NCBI GenBank assembly: GCA_002269645.1
Contig: NIVC01000381.1
Span: forward strand, 124,001-188,000
From: Macrostomum lignano
Lineage: Eukaryota
Length of the DNA stretch: 64,000 nucleotides
Direction: 5' to 3'
The notes beneath the pieces were generated by a model that made no database searches, was not told the origin of the DNA, and saw only the letters and a program-made list of their open reading frames with translations. The translations under genes were made by a program, and so were the position numbers. Below are positions 1 through 12,130 of the stretch, piece after piece (the stretch's first letter is position 1; each line of letters begins with the position of its first letter).

Positions 1-971
1 ATGGCAGTGTAAATCCACCAGAGGCGGCGGGGGGTGAGGCCCCAAGTAGCACCGAAAGCTCTGCGGATCTGCGCGAGAGTCGCGAGAGCTTTGCAGGCTT
101 TGGTTTGGATGTGCGGGGTCCAGCTCAACCTGTGGTCGAGGGTGACGCCCAGACATCTAGTTTGTTTCTCCATGGCAACAGGTTTGCCGTAGAGGGAGAG
201 CGGTTTGATCCTCCAGTTTCGGCGGCTGGTGAACATGATAGCCACGGTTTTAGACTCAGAGAACCTGAGACTGCAGCTATGTGCCCAGCGCTCGGCACGG
301 TGGATGAAGGCTTGAAGGAGGTCCCTGAGGACCGCGGGCGATGGTCCAGCCACAGTGGCGGTAACATCGTCCGCATAGCCGACCTTCTGAACAGGGTCCG
401 GATGCGGGCTGCAAAGCAGCTTGTCCATGACTAAGTTCCAGAGGATCGGGCTGAGGACTCCACCTTGCGGTCCGCCTTTCTGGACTTCCACGGAGCGTGA
501 GTGTCCCAGGAGGTGCGAGGTGGCAGTACGATGGGAGACCATGTACATGATCCAGCGGGTGAGGTGCTCGTGCGTGCCCCGGGATTCCAGGGCTCGCTTA
601 AAGGCTTCAAAGAGCACATTGATAAAAGCACCATCAATGTCGAGGAAAAGCGATAGCGTGTATCCACTGCCAAGCACGGCGCGCTCCAGCTTGTCGACAA
701 TGGCGTGCAGCGCACTTTCGATGGAACGTCCAGGACGAAAGGCGTGCTGATTAGGGGAGAGCGGGGAGTTCCTCAGCTCAACGAGGAGAAGGCGCCAGAG
801 CACCAGCCATTCCATCAGTTTGAGGAAGAAGGACGTCAGACTGATAGGGCGGTAAGCTTTGGCGGAGTGATAGTCTCCCTTTCCTGGCTTGGGTATGAAG
901 ACTACCGTAGCCTCTTGCCAGGCTTTTGGCACATACCCGAGGGTAATGCTGGCCTTGAAGAGGTTGCCTTC
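1..971 (-). pseudogene. ORF2 reverse transcriptase domain (open frame 971 to window edge)
   Basis: Manual translation: EGNLFKASITLGYVPKAWQEATVVFIPKPGKGDYHSAKAYRPISLTSFFLK...FLDIDGAFINV...GGPQGGVLSP...GYADD. Not in the ORF track because it has no start or stop inside the window. It is disconnected from the APE frame at ~972. Confidence 0.92.
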
Positions 972-2083
972 TTAGGGCGGGTGCCTTCTATCTCCGCGCA
1001 GTATTGGCGCCATTTGTCGGACTTGGCTTTCCTGGTTTCACGCTTAAAGTCGCGGATCGCTTCTTGATAGGCGGCCAGGTCAGCTGGGTCCTTGCTCTTG
1101 CGAGCTTTCCGTTGGAGGCACTTTGCCTTGCGCCGGAGGGATCCGAGCACCGGGTGCCACCAGGGGGCGGATTTTTTGCCTTTGTAGGCTTTAAGAGGAC
1201 AGGAAGCCTCATGGGCTGTCAGGACGGTCTTGCTGAGCAAGTCTGCAAGGTCATCCACTTCCTGACAGGTGGTTGGAGCGACGGTAGTCAGCTGATCTGT
1301 CTGGAATTTCAGGGTTTCCGTGAAAGCCGTCCAATCAGTGTTCCGGACGTTCCTTTTCCACAGAATGTGAGGCTTGGGGCAAGAGGATTGCAAACGAAAA
1401 CGAACGAAGCGATGGTCAGACAGAGACTCCTCTTCGTCCCACACCTCCCAGTCTTTGACTAAAGGAGCCAAGCCATGGGAGACGAGGGAAACGTCGAGGG
1501 CCTCCGTCCATCGCCCGTTGTCAAAGGTGGGGGTTCCACCAATGTTGCAAAACTCAGTGTTGGTGGTGCAGATGTAAGCAAGGAGTTCCTCGCCTCTGCT
1601 GTTGGAAGTATTACTGCCCCAGTGGGTGTGGTGAGCGTTGATGTCGCCCGCCACCAGCAGCTCGAACCTACGGTTAGAGCAGTAGTCCACGAGGGAGGTG
1701 AGGTTGGGTGGAACCGCGGGGCCATCGCCAGGGATATAGATCGAGGCGACGATGACCGTGCGGTTGGTGATAATGTGGTTGGACTGAATGACACAGAGGT
1801 CTCTGTCAGAGAGGTCCGGTCTGTGCCAAGCTTTGAGGTGGGTAGATACGAAAATGGCTGCTCTGGGGTTTTGGGGGTCTTGAAAACAGTCAAAACCAGC
1901 AGGAATATTCGGAATCTTACCTTTCTTTGTCCAGGGCTCCTGGAGTAGGATGATGCCCGGTTTCGCAAAGTTTGCCACCTGCATCAGGTTGGTCGAGGCC
2001 GCGATGCAGTGGTGCAGGTTAAGCTGCAGGATGTCCACTCCGGGGATTCCACGAGTGGTCCGCGCAGCTTCCTGCCGGCTCAA
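972..2083 (-). pseudogene. ORF2 apurinic-like endonuclease domain and linker
   Basis: ORF 902..2083 carries the APE motifs and the linker APWWHP..LRRK...KWRQYC, then runs out of frame after EIEGTRP. Confidence 0.9.
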
Positions 2084-3548
2084 GGCGAGTTGTGCAGGAG
2101 AGCTGCCTCTTCTGCCTCGCCAATAGCTCCAGGCTCCAGCTCCATGGGCTCCTCCCGGATGGATTCCATGGTCGAGGGCGATGTCGCTACCTGGGCGGCA
2201 TTCTCGCTCTCGGCCCGGTTTTCCGGGGGAGCCGCAGTGGTGACACTGGGCTGGGGGTGGCTGCGGTTGGGGGCCTTGGCGGTGTCCAGCAGCTGCTTCG
2301 CGCGCTGAGTCAGACCAGAGCGGATAGTGTTCCGGGCGGGTTTCCGGCCCTTTCCACGTCCGCCTGTTGCTGCAGCTTTCGCGGCTTTCCCTCTGACAGG
2401 GTCCACGTCCTCGGAGGGGTCGTGACGACCGGGAGCTTCTTTTCCTGGGCGTTTCCGCCCGGCAGAGCCCCCGACTGCCCGCTTACGCTTCTCCGGGGGC
2501 GGTGGGCGGGTGGCGTCAGACTCAAAGCTAAAGAGCTGAATCTGCAACAGCCCGACAGAGATGATGGACATGTCTGGGTAGCGGAGCATCCAGCTATCCG
2601 ACAGTCCAAGAATAGCCGTGAAACCGTCTCCGCCCGGCTTGGAGATGGTCTCGTGAACTACGACACCGTTGGCCGGTAGCTCCGGGTTGGAAGCCACTAG
2701 CAGGTGACGCAGCTCGTCGGCCTTGGTGATGCAGCTGCGAGCCGGGATCCAGGCACGGTGCCGGTGTGTCCGGGGTCGCTCGTCCTCCCTGTAGATGAAC
2801 AGGTTCTCCAGCTCCGTACCCCAGTCGAAGGTTTTCAGCAGCTCGAGGAGCTGCTGTCCTGACTGGCTGTCGCGGGCTGGATATAGAGGGCTTGGTCCTC
2901 GACTTTCGTCTTTTGGACTCGAATGGTAGTGCCGCTCAAGGCCATCTTGACCAGGTGGGAGTCCAACCTGCGCCAGATAAGGTCGAGCTGTTCGGCCGTA
3001 AGAGGCGTCTCCTGGCCTTGGATAACCAGGGCCGGCTGCCTCTTGGCCATAGCCGCGTAGGTTCGCTTCGGCTTTGTGGTTTGGCCAGCGCCCCCCGCTT
3101 TGGATCCCTCCACGGCCGTGGGAGCTTCCACACGGGCAGTGGTCCGGTCACGGGAGGGGCCAGCCGCACCAGGAGCTTCGGCGGCACCTGACGCATCAGA
3201 CCGGCGCGCGGGGTCCACCCCCTTGTCGGATGTCGGCTCCTCCGCGGGGTTCGCAGAGTTACCGGCACCCTCCTCAGAGGTGGCCGGAGGGGCGGCTTTC
3301 GCATTCCTCCGTTCCTCCGCTTTGCGCTGGAGGAAGGCTTTGTAGCGAGCAATGCTACGGGCCTTCTTTTTCGAAATCTGAGGTCCGCTGTCTTGTCCAG
3401 CCACTCCGGTATTATCCTGAGCGGCGGCAGCGGCAGATTGAGAGGCACCGGGGGTTCCGGTGTTGCGAATGTCCGGCTGGGCCGCGGTGCCAACCTCGGT
3501 TGGTGCTCCAGCAGCCTCGGACGTGTCGGAGGTAAAAGAATACTCCAT
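2080..3548 (-). pseudogene. LINE ORF1 with one frameshift near 2870
   Basis: ORF 2835..3548 shifts into a frame reading DSQSGQQLLELLKTFDW...RAWIPARSCITKADELRHLLVASNPELP, which is continuous with ORF 2080..2697. The RAWIP..LL..SNP.L segment is reminiscent of LOA-type ORF1 (DUF4780-like; recalled, not searched). Confidence 0.8.
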
Positions 3549-3937
3549 GAGTCGCTGAAAGGCGAGTGGGGACTGAAGGTGGGAAGCCGCTGGGCCGTTA
3601 CCCCAAACCCAACAACCAGGCCAAGAGGTAGCGACCGGGGGGTGGCTTAAGCCCGTACTGGCCCGACCGCTGGCAACCGAGAAACTCCCCGGCTAAGAGC
3701 CCGGCTTGGAAAAACCAGAGGCCGAACCAAAGGACCAACAGCACGGTACTACACTGGGCCCTTGAGGGAAGCAGGAGGACTGCCTCCGGAGCCTGCAGAC
3801 TGGCCGCATACCCTGTTAAGGTCAGAGGGTGGTACCTGTTCCTCAGAGCCGTGGCCAGAGGTACCTGATACGCACAGGTGCACTTCCGGGCAGAGCCCGT
3901 ACCCAATTTGGCCAAAGGCCACGGATGGGTTGCCGCC

Positions 3938-4149
3938 GCCGGAGCCCAGTCAGTCCAGCAGCCCTAGGGCTGCCTTGAACACATGCGGGACGTGAACCCC
4001 TGGGTCGGCTTGCGAGTCAGCTTGGAGAGAGTTCTCCTGCCATTCCTGCACCAGAATAGAGGGGGTGCAGGTGTGTAGGATCACAGACCTTAGCCCGTAG
4101 GCCTAGTCTGTCTCATGCTACACAGGCGTGCTGTACCCGCCTTGCATGC
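3938..4149 (-). ncRNA. HDV-like (CPEB3-type) self-cleaving ribozyme at the LINE 5' end
   Basis: On the minus strand: P1 GCAUGC(4149-4144)/GCAUGU(3986-3981), P2 GACCCAG(4006-4000)/CUGGGCUC(3949-3942), P3 GGG/CCC, L3 UUCACGU(3996-3990), GU, P4 GCAGCC-CUAG-GGCUGC, J4/2 CUGA with the catalytic C at 3953. Confidence 0.8.
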
Positions 4150-4727
4150 GCAGAGTAGGGTCTGAGCAGAGTAGGGTCTGAGCAGAGTAGGGTCTGAGCA
4201 GAGTAGGGTCTGAGCAGAGTAGGGTCTGAGCAGAGTAGGGTCTGAGCAGAGTAGGGTCTGAGCAGAGTAGGGTCTGAGCAGAGTAGGGTCTGAGCAGAGT
4301 AGGGTCTGAGCAGAGTAGGGTCTGAGCAGAGTAGGGTCTGAGCAGAGTAGGGTCTGAGCAGAGTAGGGTCTGAGCAGAGTAGGGTCTGAGCAGAGTAGGG
4401 TCTGAGCAGAGTAGGGTCTGAGCAGAGTAGGGTCTGAGCAGAGTAGGGTCTGAGCAGAGTAGGGTCTGAGCGGAGTAGGGTCTGAGCAGAGTAGGGTCTG
4501 AGCAGAGTAGGGTCTGAACAGAGTAGGGTCTGAGCAGAGTAGGGTCTGAGCAGAGTAGGGTCTGAGCAGAGTAGGGTCTGAGCAGAGTAGGGTCTGAGCA
4601 GAGTAGGGTCTGAGCAGAGTAGGGTCTGAGCAGAGTAGGGTCTGAGCAGAGTAGGGTCTGAGCAGAGTAGGGTCTGAGCAGAGTAGGGTCTGAGCAGAGT
4701 AGGGTCTGAGCAGAGTAGGGTCTGAGC
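4150..4727. repeat. 16-bp minisatellite (CAGAGTAGGGTCTGAG)n
   Basis: About 36 near-identical copies abutting the LINE 5' end. Confidence 0.97.
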
Positions 4728-5149
4728 ATATATTAGCAATCCATGACACTATGTACGGAGCGTACGTGTAGTGTGCGTTTTTTAATGAAATTTTTGCTAC
4801 ACGCACTGCAGACCAATGTAATTTTTTCGAAAAAGTAGTCAGCATTATAATGTCGCAGTGTCCTGTTTCTGCGCCAAATGCAAGAGTAGTCCATGGTCAA
4901 GCAATAAATTACTAACTGTCTGTTTCTTGGATTTTTATGAAGATTTCCGCAGTTGTTGCCGCCAAACTTCAGAGAAAGAGATCGAGAGAGTTTTCCAAGG
5001 TCTTTGAATTTAAATTTCGATTTCGAAACTATCCGCATGATGCAAAAGCTAATGCTCATTAATTATTTACATCGATTGCTCCAATTTCAAGAAAATCTTC
5101 TTATAGTAATCCAAAAAGGTTGGGTCTAATGCTTAACCAAGTTCAGGTT

Positions 5150-6425
5150 ACTCACCCCTATCTCCCTCTCACGCCCTATCTCCCTCTCACCCCTATCTCC
5201 CTCTCAACCCTATCTCCCTCTCAACCCTATCTCCCTCACACCCCCCTATTTCCCTCTCACCCCTGTCTCCCTCTCACCCCTATCCCCCTCTCACCCCTAT
5301 CCCCCTCTCATCCCTATCTCCCTCTCAACCCTATCTCCCTCACACCCCCCTATTTCCCTCTCACCCCTGTCTCCCTCTCACCCCTATCCCCCTCTCACCC
5401 CTATCCCCTCTCATCCCTATCTCCCTCTCACCCCTATCTACCTCACACCCCCTATTTCCCTCTCACCCCTGTCTCCCTCTCACCCCTATCCCCCTCTCAC
5501 CCCTATCCCCCTCTCATCCCTATCTCCCTCTCACCCCTATCTACCTCTCACCCCTATCTCCCTCTCACTCCTATCTCCCTCTCACCCCTATCTCCCTCTC
5601 ACCCCTATCTCCCTCTCACCCCTATCTCCCTCTCACCCCTATCTCCCTCTCACCCCTATCTCCCTCTCCCCCTATCTCCCTCTCACCCCTATCTCCCTCT
5701 CACCCCTATCTTCCTCTCACCCGTATCTCCCTCTCACCCCTATCTCCCTCTCACCCCTATCTCCCTCTCACCCCTATCTCCCTCTAACCCCTATCTCCCT
5801 CTCACCCCTATCTCCCTCTCACCCCTATCTCCCTCTCACCCCTATCTCCCTCTCACCCCTATCTCCCTCTCACCCCTATCTTCCTCTCACCCCTATCTCC
5901 CTCTCACCCCTATCTCCCTCTCAACCCTATCTCCCTCTCACCCCTATCTCCCTCTCACCCCTATCTCCCTCTCACCCCTATCTCCCTCTCACCCCTATCT
6001 CCCTCTCACCCCTATCTCCCTCTCACCCCTATCTCCCTCTCACCCCTATCTCCCTCTCACCCCTATCTCCCTCTCACCCCTATCTCCCTCTCACTCCTAT
6101 CTCCCTCTCACCCCTATCTCCCTCTCACCCCTATCTCCCTCTCACCCCTATCTCCCTCTCACCCCTATCTCCCTCTCACCCCTATCTCCCTCTTACCCCT
6201 ATCTCCCTCTCACCCCTATCTCCCTCTCACCCCTATCTCCCTCTCACCCCTATCTCCCTCTCACCCCTATCTTCCTCTCACCCCTATCTCCCTCTCACCC
6301 CTATCTCCCTCTCACCCCTATCTCCCTCTCACCCCTATCACCCTCTCAGCCCTATCTCCCTCTCACCCCTATCTCCCTCTCACCCCTATCTCCCTCTCAC
6401 CCCTATCTCCCTCTCACCCGTATCT
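5150..6425. repeat. 17-bp CT-rich minisatellite (CTCACCCCTATCTCCCT)n
   Basis: Direct reading; explains ORF 5120..6517. Confidence 0.95.
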
Positions 6426-6929
6426 CCATCCACTATACTAAGAATGGTTTGTCGGTATCAAAATTCAGTTGGATCAATTGTAAATTCTCGACATTCTTGC
6501 ACATAACTTCCATGTAAAATTATTTTCCACCTAATTTACAAAATATAATTCGCATAATCCTTCAGCAGTCTTTGTTTCTTCGTTGCCTCAAAGCAAATCG
6601 GATTATGGGAATGGAGAATGAAATGAATTTCGGAATTTTCCAATACAAAGACCAGAAAATAAATGCTTTTTTGTGCCACACAGGACAGGAGTAACGCCGC
6701 TAAAAAACTCTGAAGCAGATGGTTGCAGACACTTTTGTGATTTCTATAGCTTTAAAATATGGACTTTGTTTCATGCAATATTTTAACTCTCATATCTCTT
6801 GTCTATTTTTATTTCTGATCCTCTCAATCATTGATATTTCGTTATTAAGTATTTCTCTGCATTTCCTGCGCGTTATTCTTGAAAATTTTCTTACGTTTCC
6901 TCTGCGTTCGTACGCTAATTTATGACTTC

Positions 6930-7280
6930 TCTGACCCTCTCCCTCTCACCCTCTCCCTCTCACCCTCTCCCTCTCACCCTCTCCCTCTCACCCTCTCCCT
7001 CTCACCCTCTCCTTCTCTCGCACTCTCACCCTCTCTCCTTCTCACCCTCTCCCTCTCTCCCTCCCTCCCTCCCTCCCTCCCTCTCCCTCGCACTCTCCTC
7101 TCCCCCTCCCCCTTTCTTCCTCTCCCCCTCTCCCTCTCACCCTCTCCTTCTCTCGCACTCTCTCCCTCTCCCTCTCACCATTTCTTTCTCTCGCACTCTC
7201 ACCCTCTCTCCCTCTCATTCTTACCCCTACTGCTGTCTCCCTCGCACTCTCTCCCTCTCAGCCTCCCTCTCCCTTTTCTT
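6930..7280. repeat. Degenerate CT-rich simple repeat
   Basis: Reiterated CTCTCCCTCTCAC. Confidence 0.85.
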
Positions 7281-8114
7281 CATCTTGTTATTTTCTGCAA
7301 TCGCCGCATCATTATTTCATTTGAACGTACAGACCTTCGCTCCAAGCAAACACGAATGCTTTACATGTAAGCCTGTCAGTCAGGCAGTTAAACAGACACA
7401 CCTGTATTAATAACGACAGCTTATACCTGTATTCTACACGCTAATTCAACAGTTCTAGTTGCCAAGATGGGGTATTACTTTACAGACGTATATTATAAGA
7501 GTCATAAAGGGCTCAAATTCTAGACTCAAAAACTCAGTTGAGCTGACACAGCAATTGTGCTCGCACAGTGCCAGCATTGCTTATAGACTTAAGTCGTCTG
7601 TTAAATATAAAATTTTACTACTCCTCTCAAAAGGCACACTTTTCAAAAGGCCTTAGCAACTAAAATCCGAGCAATTGTGCGCGCGATAGAGAAGAAGAAC
7701 GGACTTGGCACAATCTGTTGACGCTTGAGCCTTCACAACAAAGCGTATATTTATAGGGGCCAACCCTTTTGTAAGACAAATAGCACAGAAGGATTATGCA
7801 TATGGCAGTATTTGCATTGTCTCCGTTTCACACTTCAATAGCGTCATTTGCAGCTTAACTCCGTTCATCTCGACTTGCCTTTGGCTATAAATTCTTTTGC
7901 TTCAAGAAGGAAAGCAGACACATAGGCTCCACCAGCACCTGCTTAGCATACATACGGGAGTCCGCTATTTAGGGCCAATTTATGACTCATTACTATTTAA
8001 GTGCACCTGGTTTGTTCAGATAAGTGCAGGCAAATGTATTAAGAAAACGATTTATTTCTATAGAGGTGGCTTATCTATTGAGAAAATTGTATACTATAGC
8101 GGCTCTCTAAAGTT

Positions 8115-8965
8115 CAGGAACGATTCGATCCTGAAGGTTTAGAGGATTTGATCCTGAAGGTTTGGATGATTTGATGCTGAAAGTTTGGAGGATTTGATCC
8201 TGAAGGTTTGGATGATTTGATCCTGAAGGTTTGGAAGATTTGATCCTGAAGGTTTGGAGGATTTGATCCTGAAGGTTTGGATGATTTGATCCTGAAGGTT
8301 TGGAGGATTTGATCCTGAAGGTTTGGATGATTTGATCCTGAAGGTTTGGAAGATTTGATCCTGAAGGTTTGGATGATTTGATCCTGAAGGTTTGGAGGAT
8401 TTGATCCTGAAGGTTTGGATGATTTGATCCTGAAGATTTGGAGGATTTGATCCTGAAGGTTTGGATGATTTGATCCTGAAGGTTTGGATGATTTGATCCT
8501 GAAGGTTTCGAGGATTTGATCCTGAAGGTTTGGATGATTTGATCCTGAAGGTTTGGATGATTTGATCCTGAAGGTTTGGAGGATTTGATCCTGAAGGTTT
8601 GGATGATTTGATCCTGAAGGTTTGGAGGATTTGATCCTGGCGGTTTGGAGGATTTGATCCTAGCAGTTTGGAGGATTTGATCCTGGCGGTTTGGAGGATT
8701 TGATCCTGGCGGTTTGGAGGATTTGATCCTGGCGGTTTGGAGGATTTGATCCTGAAGGTTTGGAGGATTTGATCCTGGCGGTTTGGAGGATTTGATCCTG
8801 GCAGTTTGGAGGATTTGATCCTGGCGGTTTGGAGGATTTGATCGTGAAGGTTTGGGGGATTTGATCCTGAAGGTTTGGATGATTTGATCCTGAAGGTTTG
8901 GATGATTTGATCCTGAAGGTTTGGAGGATTCGACCCTGAAGTCTCGGAGGATTCGATCCTGAATT
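8115..8965. repeat. 23-bp minisatellite (GGAGGATTTGATCCTGAAGGTTT)n
   Basis: Direct reading. Confidence 0.93.
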
Positions 8966-9414
8966 TATTGAGGACTCAATCCCATAATAAAGCCTTGAAG
9001 AATTTCAATTCGAAATTCAGGAAGATGTGAAGTGCGAGGTCGTGTGGCAGATTTAATTTTCACGGTCATGCCAGGTACATGCATTGTAAAACCATATTTT
9101 TGTGTAGTCACTGGTAAATTAACTTTCACACGAAATTCAAGTCCAGACTCCATATACCGGGTTAATGTTGGTGCAAAATTTGTAGGTGAGAAAATGGTTT
9201 CTGCAATTACTGGCAGCTAATTGCTGGTATCGACTCAGGTCAGGTCCAAAGTCATTAATTTTTCTCAACCAAACCTTTATGACCCACAGATTTACGTGTG
9301 GCACAAAAATATTAACCCATCATAAAACCTAATCTGGACGCAAAATACGCTCAATTTTATATTCAATGTGCGCAATTACGACTCATAAAGATCATAAAAT
9401 ACAGCGGTCGGGGG

Positions 9415-9987
9415 GCATGAGAGTCTCCTACTAGCACTCCATGAGAGTCTCCTTCTAGCAACCCATGAGAGTCTCCTTCTAGCACCCCATGAGAGTCTCC
9501 TTCTAGCAACCCATGAGAGTCTCCTTCTAGCAACCCATGAGAGTCTCCTTCTAGCAACCCATGAGAGTCTCCTTCTAGCACCCCATGAGAGTCTCCTTCT
9601 AGCACCCCATGAGAGTCTCCTTCTAGCACCCCATGAGAGTCTCCTTCTAGCACTCCATGAGTCTCCTAGCACCCATGAGAGTCTCCTTCTAGCACCCATG
9701 AGAGTCTCCTTCTAGCACCCATGAGAGTCTCCTTCTAGCACCCCTGCATGAGAGTCTCCTTCTAGCACCCCTGCATGAGAGTCTCCTTCTAGCACCCCAT
9801 GAGAGTCTCCTTCTAGCACCCCATGAGAGTCTCCTTCTAGCACTCCATGAGAGTCTCCTTCTAGCACCCCATGAGAGTCTCCTTCTAGCACCCATGAGAG
9901 TCTCCTTCTAGCACCCCATGAGAGTCTCCTTCTAGCACCCCATGAGAGTCTCCTTCTAGCACTCCATGAGAGTCTCCTTCTAGCACA
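9415..9987. repeat. 24-bp minisatellite (CATGAGAGTCTCCTTCTAGCACCC)n
   Basis: Direct reading. Confidence 0.93.
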
Positions 9988-11729
9988 CTTAGAGACTTCT
10001 AATTCGCTTCTTAGCTAATGGTTTGTTCTAAAAAAGTTGTTAAGCATGGGAATTTATTGACAGAGTGCAGTATTTTTGCGTGCGTGCAGCGTGGGTGTGT
10101 GTTACCGGTAATACTGTCCACCTCTCGTGCAGTCAATCGCTTCAGTGGGTTAGGATATCCCACATGCAGATGCTTAGCATTAATAGTGTCTTTGTGTGTC
10201 TGTCTGCACAATAAAATTGGATCATCATCATGGTCTCATAGGCCCTTCAGCTTCTACACAGCTTGCTGCATGCCACATTTGATACACTGGCTAGTGGCTA
10301 TAGGGTTAGGCAAGAAATACAGAACAACAGAACATGTTGTAACAGCGACAGCTTCCACGTTCTATGACATTAGATAGCTGGTCTTTTTGCTTGCGCATTG
10401 GGAAGAAAGTAAAGTAATGCTTGTGTGATTCGCTTTCCTTATGCTGCGCATATACGAGTTATAAGCAAACTAGAAAACTGGAAACCGAAAGAGTGCCTCA
10501 TTGCTTCTCTTTCTCCGCTGCATGCGCTGCATTTCTAAACAAGTTTTAATACATTCTGCCTATTTCCTTCTGTATGCCTGGCGACACGATTGTTGGACAA
10601 GACCCTTCTATTTTATGATGCATGCTATATACATAAAAATGACATAATTCCCCTATACATTGTACAATACATATTTATTTCGCAGGCCTAATCCAGAAGT
10701 GTTCTTTTCAGCTCTTATATACAAAGCTGGTAAAAACAAACTAAATATGCTAAACTTGTCATGCTCTTTATTTTTAGAGGCCCGATAGCTGCAATATGCT
10801 TGTTAAGTAAGCTATACATTTGGTGAAAAATGCTTGAAAATTAAAGCATGGCTCAAACGGGGTATTTTTCTTATTGCTTAAACTTTAGCTTAACAACACG
10901 CCTAATGCGGACTGTTATGTGTTCGTTTTTTTCACCCTATAGTCGCCACCGCACTCCAGTAGTGGTTTGTAAATGGCTTACTCTTTCTCTATTATAAAGC
11001 TTCGCCGTCATTCTTTTGGCCGACGATCAAATGACGCGCCGAAATTATCAGCCCACCCACCCCAAAGCCGAAGCTAAAAACCCAAGTTGTTGCCAAGCCT
11101 AGAGCTGAATTATTCCATAGAAAGAGAGAAGACCGACTCGGGGTGTTTTTTTTATGTTGTCTTGTAGAACGTCTCGCCGAAGAAATAATGATAAAAAGGG
11201 CGCCTCTAAAGTGGCGGGGCGGCTGACGGTCTGTCGGTCTGGGGGTGGGGGTTAGAGCTAGAGTGAAATGTTTTAAGCGTTTTAAGCGCGCGCGCGTGGG
11301 TTTTCATCATAATAGTAGTAGAGGTCCAGACGATACGCGGTAAGAAAAGCCTGTTTTGTTATTTGTAATAATCCGAGTGTAAGCTTTCATACAAGACGCT
11401 TTTTGTCGGATGTGTTGTGTGTTGTGTCGTTCGTTCGCGCGTCAGAAATTGGACCAGACACAGGGCAGGGGCTGGCGTGGCGGCGGTGGCGCCCCATCTC
11501 TGTGTGCCATGCTGTGCGGTGGACTGCGGAGAGTGTGGATGAAGAGCTGGTAGAATAGTTTATTAGTGGCTGGAGGGGTTTGGGGTGGGAGGAGGACCAG
11601 ACGAGGACAGTCTGAAAGGAAGCGCAAAATCTCACGCGCCGCGGGAGGGGTGTTCGCCACCAGTATGGCAAAAGGGGGGTTGGGGGTGAAGGAGGTGAGA
11701 GAATTTTCTCCAGTCCAACAAGCTCTGAC

Positions 11730-12130
11730 TCTGGATTGGCCCGCCAGTAAAGTGGGCGTCAGCCAATGGTAGGGCGAGGTTACTCATTCCAGCACAGCAC
11801 CCCACCAATTCACATTAGCATAGAAGTGGGGCGCCTCCCCCTAGGGGGTGGGTGGAGGACCTTTCTTCCCTTTAATTTTGTTGGCCGCTGCTGGGCGAGC
11901 GACAGTTGAAGAGACAAGAGAAAAAAGGAGACGAGTGAGTGACGATAGTTATAAACTTTTCCAAGAACCGTCCGCGTCCATTCAAATTTTAAAGCACCTA
12001 TACTTTGAAAAAAGAAGAAACTTGGAATAGAGGAGAAGCAAGTCCCAACCCAATCATCGCCATCACGCAACAGCCGCCCATTGCGAGACTATAAGCAGCC
12101 TCCATTCTCTCGCCATCCTCTCAATTCCTC
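11730..12130 (+). promoter_or_regulatory. Candidate core promoter of the anosmin gene
   Basis: CCAAT-type motifs near 11734, 11763 and 12050; TATAAG at 12090; Inr-like TCAATT at 12121; the coding ATG lies ~230 nt downstream. Motif-level evidence only. Confidence 0.35.

Larger units (their letters stand above)
1..4149 (-). mobile_element. Non-LTR retrotransposon (APE+RT LINE, R1/LOA-like); 5' end intact, 3' part runs off the window; defective copy
   Basis: Minus strand carries a 5'UTR (4149-3549), ORF1 (3548-2080), an APE domain (ILQLNLHHC, ILLQEPW, GDINAHH..WGS, SDH) and an RT (YRPISLTS, FLDIDGAF, GGPQGGVLSPILWN, GYADD, CLGVTLD, TWGLTPRRLWWIYTA). Clade call is from motif recall only. Confidence 0.93.

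Noticed and set aside
860-890. Suspected second frameshift in the RT near KPGK
   Set aside because: Re-reading gives AAG CCA GGA AAG GGA GAC TAT in frame; the RT frame is open from 971 to the window edge.
105-3995. Plus-strand and alternative-frame ORFs over the LINE
   Set aside because: Shadow ORFs of a GC-rich retrotransposon; the motifs lie in the minus-strand ORF1/ORF2 frames.
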